From the NCBI GenBank assembly GCA_028279595.1, contig JANQNK010000010.1, positions 1 to 46,304 of the forward strand: 46,304 bases of DNA, written 5' to 3'. Below, piece by piece: positions 38,600 through 46,304 of the stretch. This stretch comes from Thermoplasmatota archaeon (GTDB lineage: Archaea > Thermoplasmatota > JAKEGO01). The stretch's first letter is position 1. Each line of letters begins with the position of its first letter. Under the pieces are notes generated by a model that was not told where the DNA came from, did not search any database, and worked only from the letters and a program-made list of their open reading frames with translations. Made by a program: the position numbers and the translations under genes.

Positions 38600-39718
38600 C
38601 TATTCCTCAAGGTCTTCCTCATCGAGGTCATCCTCTTCGACGTCCTCGTCGAGGTCTTCCTCGTCCTCTTCTTCCCCTTCCTCGGATTCGTCTTCGCTCG
38701 GCTTTGGTAAGGGACTTTGCATATTGACGAATGCGCTGTCCTCAGGTGCCTCGTCGCCGTACTCGGGGGTCTCCTCGGACTCCAGCCATTCCAGCGCCTT
38801 GCCCCTGAAGGCCGGGATGTCGTCGTATCCCTTCTCCTTCATCCACACCTTCAGCTCGTCGGTTGACTCCGAGAAGATGTCCACGTCGCGCTTGTACACG
38901 GCGGAGCCGAGGCCGACGGCCGTTGCACCGATAAGAAGGAACTTGGCTATGTCCTCACCGTTGGAGGCGCCGCCGTAGGCGATGATCGGGGCCTCCTCGA
39001 GGCGGCCGTCCCTCATGGCAAGGGATATCTCGGTGACCTTGGCCAGTGCGAGCGGTTTGATCGCTGGTCCCGACATCCCTCCGATGAAGTTCCCGAGAAC
39101 GGGACGTTCGAAATGACCGTCGATCTCGATCGCCGAGAACGTGTTCACCGCGGAGATCGCCGACGCTCCGGCGAAGAGAGCGGCGGCGGCGATCTCGTAG
39201 ATGTCCGTGACGTTGGGTGAGAGCTTCGCGATTATCGGAACGTCCGTCGTCGAGGCGACGGCGCCGATGTGCTGCGCGGTGAGTGCGGGGTCCTGGGCGA
39301 CCAGTTTCCGTCGTGAACTGCCTCCAGCATGGGGACATGAGAGATTGACCTCGACCGCAGGCGGATCCAGCCTGTCGATCGCGAGGGACAGCACGCGTAG
39401 CTCGCTGACCGAGTTGCCGTAGAGGCTTGGCACGACGGGGACGCCGCTCATCTTCGGCTTGTAGGTCTTCGCGAACTCCTCGACACCCGGGTTCGGGAGT
39501 CCCATCGCGTTGATGAGACCTCCTGGAACGGCCTCGATTACCGTTGGACCCTGATAGCCCTCCCTGGGCCTCATGGTGATGGACTTGGTGATGAGCATGC
39601 CGACACCCTTGACGGCGGCCTCCTCGAGCATCCCCAGTGACTCGCCGAGGATGCCTGAAGGCAGGACCGTCGGGTTCTGCAGCTTCATGCCGAGAAGGTC
39701 CACAGTAACGTCGCTCAT
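38600..39718 (-). CDS. pyrD: Dihydroorotate dehydrogenase (family 1) with acidic C-terminal extension
   Basis: NPTVLPSG, TKS, NAMGLPNPG, EVNLSCPH, KLSPNVTD, NT and GGMSGPAIKP motifs; start ATG 39718. Confidence 0.92.
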   Translation of the reverse strand: MSDVTVDLLGMKLQNPTVLPSGILGESLGMLEEAAVKGVGMLITKSITMRPREGYQGPTVIEAVPGGLINAMGLPNPGVEEFAKTYKPKMSGVPVVPSLYGNSVSELRVLSLAIDRLDPPAVEVNLSCPHAGGSSRRKLVAQDPALTAQHIGAVASTTDVPIIAKLSPNVTDIYEIAAAALFAGASAISAVNTFSAIEIDGHFERPVLGNFIGGMSGPAIKPLALAKVTEISLAMRDGRLEEAPIIAYGGASNGEDIAKFLLIGATAVGLGSAVYKRDVDIFSESTDELKVWMKEKGYDDIPAFRGKALEWLESEETPEYGDEAPEDSAFVNMQSPLPKPSEDESEEGEEEDEEDLDEDVEEDDLDEEDLEE

Positions 39719-39899
39719 CCGTGGGCGTATGAGCGGGCTGGGATTTAATCCTTTTCCAACGTCCGTTAATCCTATATATGAGGACACTCGACGCGAGGTC
39801 GGACAGCCTGGCCATGGTACATGATGGGCCTGGAAATCGGCACCAGGACCGTGGATCGAGACCGCAAACCATATAACGGACACCTCCTTACTTGGCCCC

Positions 39900-40064
39900 A
39901 TGCTCACGGATAGATGCTCGTCGTGCGGTGTCCGCCTGGTCGACACTGGCTTCACGACGTTCAAGTGCCCCGCTTGCAAGGAGGGTATCATCGGCCGCTG
40001 CCAGCAGTGCCGCGACCAGTCAGTGAACTACACGTGTCCGGAATGCGGACGCATCGGACCCTGA
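39900..40064 (+). CDS. Small double zinc-ribbon protein (DUF1610/HVO_2753-like), 54 aa, absent from the ORF track
   Basis: Translates to MLTDRCSSCGVRLVDTGFTTFKCPACKEGIIGRCQQCRDQSVNYTCPECGRIGP; four CxxC motifs; usual position upstream of EF-1beta; CATATAA box upstream. Confidence 0.93.
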   Translation: MLTDRCSSCGVRLVDTGFTTFKCPACKEGIIGRCQQCRDQSVNYTCPECGRIGP

Positions 40065-40074
40065 GGTGAGGAAC

Positions 40075-40338
40075 ATGGGCGATGTGATGTTGAAATACCA
40101 GATCATGCCGGAGTCGGCGGAACAGGACATGGAAGCGCTTCAGACCTCGATACGGCAGGCCATCGCGGGAGTCGACATCAGGGACATGGGCCTCAAGCCC
40201 ATCGCGTTCGGCCTCAAGTCCGTCGAGATCGTCCTGGTGATCCCGGACTCGGGCGGCGGGACCGAGGAGATCGAGGCAAAGCTCGAGGGCCTCGACGGCG
40301 TCGCCTCCGTCAATCCTCTCGGCATGGACCTGCTCTGA
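40075..40338 (+). CDS. ef1b: Translation elongation factor 1-beta
   Basis: MGDV, IMPES and PIAFGLKS motifs; ATG 40075 after GAGGTGAGG. Confidence 0.95.
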   Translation: MGDVMLKYQIMPESAEQDMEALQTSIRQAIAGVDIRDMGLKPIAFGLKSVEIVLVIPDSGGGTEEIEAKLEGLDGVASVNPLGMDLL

Positions 40339-40372
40339 AGCGTAACCATTCTTGCCAACAATTCGATGTGGG

Positions 40373-41158
40373 TCAGTCCGGGCTCTCGCTGTAACCCGCG
40401 GGATCTATCTCCATTCCAACGAACCCTTCGGATGCCAGCTTATCCTTTACAGCATCTAGAACGTCAGGCTGCATCAGCTTCTCAACGTCTTCAGGAGCTA
40501 CCTGGACCATCGGAGGGCCGCCCCAAAGGCGTACGCGGACCACTGGGAAACCGAGGTCCATGATGAACTCCTCCGTGCGCTCGAGCATCTTCAGAACTTC
40601 TGGATCGAGGTCCTCGCCCTCCAGAAAGCGTGTGGCGAGGCAAGTCGTGCTAGGCATCCCAGCGAAGGGGAGTTCCATCTCCCGTGAGAGCAGGCGAACG
40701 GCCAGGTCCGAGAGGTCCGCATCGGCCAATGGATGGACTATACCGAGCTCATCGGCGACGGTGAGGCCTACCCGACCCTTCTCGACGTCGGATGTGGTGG
40801 CCCCGTCCGCAACTGGCCATCCATCGGATATGGACAGCAATTCCTCGTACATGGCCCTCTTGCAGCGGCCGCACCTGTCGTGAGGGTTCCCGCGGAATCC
40901 GTCGATGTCGTCGATGGGGACCTCGATCAGCTCGATATCCACCTGTCCGGCGTTCTCGATCGCGGCCCGCCTCTGGACCTCTGGTACCGCATCGTTGACT
41001 ATCATGACTGGACGGACCGAACCCTTCCCAAGGACGTCCGTGGCAGAATGAAGGAGAAAGGCGCTGTCAACGCCTCCGGAGTAGGAGATGACAAGCTTTG
41101 CATGGTCCAGGAGGACCGTCTCCAAAGCCTCGGGGATGTCCACGTCCAGGGAACTCAT
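40373..41158 (-). CDS. larE: LarE-like PP-loop ATP-dependent sulfur transferase (TIGR00268 family)
   Basis: SYSGGVDS PP-loop, NP.DRC..CK, PS..CLATR, VRVR and GY motifs; start ATG 41158. Confidence 0.85.
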   Translation of the reverse strand: MSSLDVDIPEALETVLLDHAKLVISYSGGVDSAFLLHSATDVLGKGSVRPVMIVNDAVPEVQRRAAIENAGQVDIELIEVPIDDIDGFRGNPHDRCGRCKRAMYEELLSISDGWPVADGATTSDVEKGRVGLTVADELGIVHPLADADLSDLAVRLLSREMELPFAGMPSTTCLATRFLEGEDLDPEVLKMLERTEEFIMDLGFPVVRVRLWGGPPMVQVAPEDVEKLMQPDVLDAVKDKLASEGFVGMEIDPAGYSESPD

Positions 41159-41234
41159 GACCGCCAGATAAGTGTATCTCCAAACCTGGGCGTAGGGAAT
41201 CACTATTTACACGATGTGCTATTGTTAACAACAG

Positions 41235-42677
41235 GTGGCCGCAGTGAAGGAGTACGATTTCATAGTGATAGGCACAGGCTCGGCCATGAACTTCGTCGGG
41301 GCTGCAATGGAGGATATCCCCAACGCGAAGATCGCGGTCATCGACCGGAGCGATCCTGGAGGCATCTGCCTTACCGTCGGATGCATCCCCACCAAGATAC
41401 TGGTCTATCCGGCCGACCTCGTCCGGATGGTGGATCGAATGGACGAGTTCGGCATCGATGTCACAGTGAACAACATCGATTTCCAGAAGGTCATGAAAAG
41501 GATGAAGGACTCCATCAGCGAGGACATCGAGGCCATCCGTGCAGGATTGACGGAGACGCCGAACATCGATTATTATCCGGAGACCGCGAGGTTCACCGCG
41601 CCGCGCACCCTCGAGGTCGGCGGTGAGACGATCCATTCCGAGAGGATTTTCCTCTGCACTGGCTCGAAACCGTTCATACCGCCGATAGAAGGATTGGATA
41701 AGGTCGGCTACCACACAAGCGACACTATACTGGACATCGACAAGCTCCCGGAGCAGCTGCTCATAGTCGGCGGAGGGTACATCGCTGCCGAGTTCGGACA
41801 CTTCTTCTCGGCCATGGGATCGAAGGTGACGATCAACGGGAGGAATCCCCAGTTCCTCAAGATGGAGGAGCCCGAGGTCTCGGAATTGGCGCTCCTGAAG
41901 ATGAGGGAGCACATGGAGGTACACGTCAATCTCGAGGTCGTCAAGGCCGACAGGACATTGACCGGAAAGAAGCGACTGGTGGCGAGGGACAGGGCTTCCG
42001 GAAAGACCGTCGCGTTCACCGGAACGGACATACTCGTGGCAGCAGGTAGGACCTCGAACTCCGACATCCTCGACCCCGCAGCGGGCGGAGTGGATGTGGA
42101 TGAGAACGGATGGATCATCGTGGACGACCAGTTCAGGACGTCGCAGGAGGGGGTCTGGGCCTTCGGGGACGCGACAGGAAAGCACCTGTTCAAGCACGTT
42201 GCAAACAGGGAGGCGATAGCGGCTTACCTCAACGCGTTCCATGGCGAAGGGGAGACTGTCCCATATCACGCGGTCCCCCACGCGGTCTTCACGCATCCGG
42301 AGATCGCCAGCGTGGGGATGAGGGAGGCCGAGGCCATCGCCTGGTTCGGCGAGGAGGGAATCCTGATCGGATTCCACAGGTACGAGAACACGGCGAAGGG
42401 CAACGCGATGGCGCTGAAGGATTACTTCGTCAAGGTCATCCTGGAGGAGGAATCGAGGAGGATATTGGGTGCTCACATAATTGGGCCTGATGCGTCGGTG
42501 TTGATCCAGGGGATCATCGACCTGATGTACACACACGACATGAGCTCGGAGCCAGTGTACCTTTCCATGTACATCCACCCCGCGCTTCCGGAAGTGGTCC
42601 AGAGGGCCTTCGGGAGCGTCTACACGCCAGCCCAGTACAGACATAGACTGTACCATATGCACGGTGGGCACCACTGA
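41235..42677 (+). CDS. Class I pyridine nucleotide-disulfide oxidoreductase (dihydrolipoamide dehydrogenase/mycothione reductase-like)
   Basis: GGICLTVGCIPTK redox disulfide, GGGYIAAE, GD, HVAN and HPALPE motifs. Confidence 0.92.
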   Translation: MAAVKEYDFIVIGTGSAMNFVGAAMEDIPNAKIAVIDRSDPGGICLTVGCIPTKILVYPADLVRMVDRMDEFGIDVTVNNIDFQKVMKRMKDSISEDIEAIRAGLTETPNIDYYPETARFTAPRTLEVGGETIHSERIFLCTGSKPFIPPIEGLDKVGYHTSDTILDIDKLPEQLLIVGGGYIAAEFGHFFSAMGSKVTINGRNPQFLKMEEPEVSELALLKMREHMEVHVNLEVVKADRTLTGKKRLVARDRASGKTVAFTGTDILVAAGRTSNSDILDPAAGGVDVDENGWIIVDDQFRTSQEGVWAFGDATGKHLFKHVANREAIAAYLNAFHGEGETVPYHAVPHAVFTHPEIASVGMREAEAIAWFGEEGILIGFHRYENTAKGNAMALKDYFVKVILEEESRRILGAHIIGPDASVLIQGIIDLMYTHDMSSEPVYLSMYIHPALPEVVQRAFGSVYTPAQYRHRLYHMHGGHH

Positions 42678-42716
42678 GCGCGATAGGATTATACTGCGAG
42701 CGCCGATTCGAGGGTC

Positions 42717-43835
42717 ATGGCCCCGATACTGCTCCCGCTGTTCCTGGGAGCCGTCACGATAACAGCGGTATCAGTCCTGGCCCTCGAGGCGAGAAGGCAC
42801 AGATCACGCTTATCGACGCTCCAACACAGGATACACGTCAACGGGACCCGGGGAAAAACGGAGGTCACAGAGCTCATCGGAGATGCTATGAGGAACGCCG
42901 GCGTGAGGACCTGGTCGAAATCCACCGGCAAGGCTACCCGTATCATTGACCACGATGGCGTTGAGATCCCGTTCAAGAGGTCCGGCCCTCCAAACATCAG
43001 GGAGCAGATGGAGTTCATGGAGATGACGTCTGGGGCAGGTGCAAGAGGCGCTGTCGTCGAATGTATGGCTATAACACCAGAGCTCCAGGTGACATCGACC
43101 AGGATGGTAGGCCCGTCGATAGGTGTGATAACGAACGTCAGGCTCGAGCATACCGACGTCATGGGTCCAGGGATCGACGATATAGCCGAAGCTCTGGCCG
43201 GAACGATACCGGAGAACGGTGTCCTCGTCACCGGGGACCGGAGGTTCTACCCGTATTTCAGGGATATCTCGAAGACAAGGAGGACCAGGATCGTCCTTGC
43301 CGATTCGAGGAAATTGCCCGAGGATATCATTGCGGCTTTCAGGAACCATCAGAACATCGAGAATGTGGCAGTAGCTTGGGCCGTTTGCGAGGCAATGGGG
43401 ATTGAAAGCAGCGCCCTGATAGGGACGAATATCAAGAGGGATAGGAAGGCCCACCGGATAAACGTGAGTGGGATCCGAATGACTGTCATAGACGCACTAG
43501 GTTCGAACGATGCCGAATCGACCCGGATGGCATTGGAGGGTGTGGATACCGCCGGACCAGTCGTGGGTCTTTTCATCGGCCGCTCAGACAGGCCTGGAAG
43601 GGCGGTCGAGATGGCAGAGGGTTTCCTTCCAAGTGCGGGATTCGATGGGTGCTACGCCATCGGTCCGGGTGCCAAACTCTTCTCCTCAAGAACACGTGAT
43701 GTAATGGTCATCGGGGTAGCCAAAGGCATCGTGGAGAGGATAGCGCACGATGTTGGAGAGGACATGATCTTATTTGCGTTCGGCAACAGGACCGGTCGGA
43801 CAGCCGAAGAGGTTCTAAAGGAGTTGAGGCTATGA
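42717..43835 (+). CDS. pgsB: Poly-gamma-glutamate synthase subunit PgsB/CapB
   Basis: N-terminal TM; RIHVNGTRGKT, K.TG, NIREQ, VECMAI.PELQ, ITNVR.EH.DVMGP, AE.L..TIP, ND.EST and RSDR..R motifs. Confidence 0.92.
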   Translation: MAPILLPLFLGAVTITAVSVLALEARRHRSRLSTLQHRIHVNGTRGKTEVTELIGDAMRNAGVRTWSKSTGKATRIIDHDGVEIPFKRSGPPNIREQMEFMEMTSGAGARGAVVECMAITPELQVTSTRMVGPSIGVITNVRLEHTDVMGPGIDDIAEALAGTIPENGVLVTGDRRFYPYFRDISKTRRTRIVLADSRKLPEDIIAAFRNHQNIENVAVAWAVCEAMGIESSALIGTNIKRDRKAHRINVSGIRMTVIDALGSNDAESTRMALEGVDTAGPVVGLFIGRSDRPGRAVEMAEGFLPSAGFDGCYAIGPGAKLFSSRTRDVMVIGVAKGIVERIAHDVGEDMILFAFGNRTGRTAEEVLKELRL

Positions 43836-44290
43836 CCGTCGACCCTTCCGTGGCCACGGTCGGGATCGTTACGGGTATCCTGATATCAATGCTGCTCTAC
43901 GAGCGCTCCAACATCTCAGCGGGAACGACGTTCGCTCCCGGCATCGCTGCCATTATTATCGTGATCGAACCGATCAGCGCCCTGGCGATCATCGCTTCGG
44001 CCCTCCTGGCCGGAGCTAGCGTGATCTACCTGTCGGAACACCTGTACGTCTTCGGCAAGAGACGGTATGCCCTCCTCGTCCTGCTGGGAATGACGATAAT
44101 GGCAGCACTAGACCTCGGATTTCGGTTCCTGGACGATGTGGGATCGGGGTATCGTGTCCTCGCTTATCTGGTCCCCGGGCTGGTAGGTACGGATTTCCAG
44201 AGACAGGGTGTTCCAAGAACGATGACGGCATTCCTGATCGTGACGGTCGTTACATCATCGGTCGTCCGCCTTCTGATCGGGTTTTCCTGA
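43832..44290 (+). CDS. pgsC: Poly-gamma-glutamate biosynthesis membrane protein PgsC/CapC
   Basis: YER..AG...PG, FGKRRY and LVPGLVG.D..RQG motifs; ATGA overlap with pgsB. Confidence 0.9.
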   Translation: MTVDPSVATVGIVTGILISMLLYERSNISAGTTFAPGIAAIIIVIEPISALAIIASALLAGASVIYLSEHLYVFGKRRYALLVLLGMTIMAALDLGFRFLDDVGSGYRVLAYLVPGLVGTDFQRQGVPRTMTAFLIVTVVTSSVVRLLIGFS

Positions 44291-45199
44291 GGTACGCTCA
44301 TCAACGGGTTCCCTATTTTCGGGTTCTCCTTTCTCCGATGGAGCGGCGCTTGCCTTTGACTCCTCCGGAGCCCCCCTGAACCTGAAGAGCCTCCTGCGGG
44401 TTGCGTCCGCGGCAGCTTCCTTCATGTCCCTTGAGGCAGGCTTCTTGTCGGATACCGGCGCCTCTTTGGGCCCTTCGGCCGGGTCCTGACCTGCCGGTCC
44501 CTGATCCTCATCGACCCCATTCTCACGAGGTCTGGTCCTGATCAGGGGTGGTTTCTCCGTGCCATCGGATCCGTTCTGGGGACCGGACTCAGCGGTCTCC
44601 TCTGCGGGTGCGGCGTCCTCTCCGGCGCGCCTCCTGAACAGCTGCCTCCTCTCCCTCGGCCTGCTCGACTCGAGCTTGGCCAGGCACTTCTGGCGGGAGA
44701 ATAGGGTCACTTTGTAATCGGGATTGATCTTCAGGGCCTCGTCGTAGACGTCGAGGGCTTCCTCGTATCGCTCTAGGTCCATCAACAGGTCGCCCTTGGC
44801 GAGAAGTAGGACCAGTCCGCCTCCCTGCTTGATGCCCCTTTCGAGGACGCGGAGGGCGTCGCGGTTTATCCCGTACTTGGAGAGTGTCATCGACTTGTTG
44901 TAATACGCCTTGTCGTCGGCCGGATCGACATCGATCGCTCTGTCGAAGCATTGTATGGCCGTGAGGAACTCTCCGGAGTCGCGTCTCGCGATCCCCAGGG
45001 CGATCCAGCCCTTGACCATCTTCGGATCCAGCTCAACTGTCCTCTCGAGGCTCCTCGACGCCCAGCCGTGACGTCCTGACTTCCAGTGGTTCCTTCCGTG
45101 GTCATACCATCTCTCCGGGTCCTCTCCGAGGTCCAGTGGAGCGTGGCAGATGGGGCATTCGTCACCTTCGAAGTCGGAGTCGCAGACCTGGCACTTCAC
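44255..45199 (-). CDS. Tetratricopeptide-repeat protein with N-terminal zinc ribbon and disordered C-terminal tail
   Basis: GTG 45199 overlaps the upstream stop (GTGA) and follows GAGGAGG; CQVC...CPIC; about 4 TPR motifs. Confidence 0.85.
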   Translation of the reverse strand: MKCQVCDSDFEGDECPICHAPLDLGEDPERWYDHGRNHWKSGRHGWASRSLERTVELDPKMVKGWIALGIARRDSGEFLTAIQCFDRAIDVDPADDKAYYNKSMTLSKYGINRDALRVLERGIKQGGGLVLLLAKGDLLMDLERYEEALDVYDEALKINPDYKVTLFSRQKCLAKLESSRPRERRQLFRRRAGEDAAPAEETAESGPQNGSDGTEKPPLIRTRPRENGVDEDQGPAGQDPAEGPKEAPVSDKKPASRDMKEAAADATRRRLFRFRGAPEESKASAAPSEKGEPENREPVDERTSGKPDQKADDR

Positions 45200-46304
45200 T
45201 CGATGACCTCCTCGAGGATCATGCCCTCGATACGGACTGGCCAGTCGGCGTAGGCGAGCTTGACCGCAGCGTTCAGCTTCCATTCGGCATCAGCGTAGAT
45301 CGTGATCAGAGGTTCGCCCTCGCCGATCTCCTCTCCCTCCTTCTTGTGGAGCAGGAGTCCAGCGCCCTTGTTCCTGGGCGCTCCGGCGGTGCGCGCTATC
45401 CTGACCAGGCAGCGGTTCCTGACAAGTTCGACGTATCCGTGCCTGGGGCTCGGGATGACCTCGGTGAACTCGCCGGGCTCGATGTCCGATATCGAGACCT
45501 TGCCCTCCACGCCTTGCGCCTCTATGATCTCATTGAACTTCTCCAGAGCCTTGCCGCTGGCGAGTATCTCCTCGGCGTGCTCCTTGCCCTTTCCCTTCGG
45601 GGCGATCTTGCCCATCTCTATCATGACGCCTGCTAGCTCCAGGGCTTTCTCTCTGATCGAACCGATCTCGAGCGAACCATCGAGTATGCCCAGCGCCTCC
45701 TTGACCTCGAGCGAGGGACCGATCGCCCTGCCTATGGGCTGTCCGCCGTACGTGATGGCGCACCGGACCTCGACCCCGATGCGGCGTCCCAGCTCGATGA
45801 AGTCGCGCGCAAGGCGTCTGGCCTCCTCCTCGTCCTCGACCTTCGATCCCCTGCCCATCGGGATATCTATAAGGAGCTTCTCGACCCCAGCAGCTATCTT
45901 CTTCGCCATGACGGAGGCCAGCAATTGGCAGTGAGGGTCCAGCGAGAGCGGCCTCTCGGCCTTGATAATGATGTCGTCGGCGGGCGCTATGTTGACCCCG
46001 CCGCCCCATACCAGGGTGGCTCCAGTCCTGTGGGCGATGTCCATGATCTCGTCCGCGGAGTGAACGACGTCCGTGACGACCTCCATGAAGTCAGCGGTCC
46101 CGCAGGCGGAACTTATCGCCCTCGAAGATGTCTTCGGAACGAGGAGCCCGGCAGCTGCAGCGATCGGGACGGCTATTGCCGCATACTTGTTCCCTGGTAC
46201 GCCTCCGATGCTGTGGACGTCGAAGACGGGGGAGCGTTTGAACGTGAGCCTGTCGCCGGTGTCGACCATGGCGTTGGTCAGGTGGACTATCTCCTCCATG
46301 CTCA
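45196..46304 (-). CDS. deoA: AMP phosphorylase (thymidine/nucleoside monophosphate phosphorylase family), 5'-truncated by the window edge
   Basis: DVHSIGGVPGNK, PKTSSRAISSACGTAD, WGGG.NIAPADD, ASVMAKK, QPIGRAIGP and AGAP..KGAG motifs. Confidence 0.93.
   Translation of the reverse strand, partial: SMEEIVHLTNAMVDTGDRLTFKRSPVFDVHSIGGVPGNKYAAIAVPIAAAAGLLVPKTSSRAISSACGTADFMEVVTDVVHSADEIMDIAHRTGATLVWGGGVNIAPADDIIIKAERPLSLDPHCQLLASVMAKKIAAGVEKLLIDIPMGRGSKVEDEEEARRLARDFIELGRRIGVEVRCAITYGGQPIGRAIGPSLEVKEALGILDGSLEIGSIREKALELAGVMIEMGKIAPKGKGKEHAEEILASGKALEKFNEIIEAQGVEGKVSISDIEPGEFTEVIPSPRHGYVELVRNRCLVRIARTAGAPRNKGAGLLLHKKEGEEIGEGEPLITIYADAEWKLNAAVKLAYADWPVRIEGMILEEVIE

Noticed and set aside
38600-38700. 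Tandem repeat or CRISPR-like array
   Set aside because: The periodicity reflects GAG/GAC codons of the acidic PyrD tail; no repeat-spacer structure here or elsewhere in the window
39719-39991. N-terminal extension of PyrD
   Set aside because: Antisense to the zinc-ribbon gene and spans promoter boxes; the real start is 39718

Overview
GC-rich archaeal chromosomal segment, most likely from a Thermoplasmatota (Thermoplasmata-like) organism; the lineage call is an inference. The archaeal markers are rps6e-eIF2gamma-PIN, rps13-rps4-rps11-rpoD, Zn-ribbon-EF-1beta, dph2, pth2, archaeal-type mat, a Pop5-like RNase P protein, AMP phosphorylase, TATA boxes about 21-26 nt upstream of many start codons, and GGTGA Shine-Dalgarno sites. 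About 43 CDSs are supported, mostly housekeeping. Envelope genes include a ~1776-aa double beta-propeller/CARDB/Ig surface protein and an S8 protease with similar C-terminal sorting signals, a GT2/WcaL-like/WcaK-like/WzxC-like glycan locus, and pgsB-pgsC. The most unusual feature is a complete MutL fused in frame to an N-terminal multi-pass membrane domain, with a TATA-like box and GTG inside the linker, which could give two isoforms. Several intergenic regions hold candidate structured RNAs or repeated motifs. I recognised no rRNA, tRNA, CRISPR array or transposase. All calls come from motif recognition by eye, without database searches.
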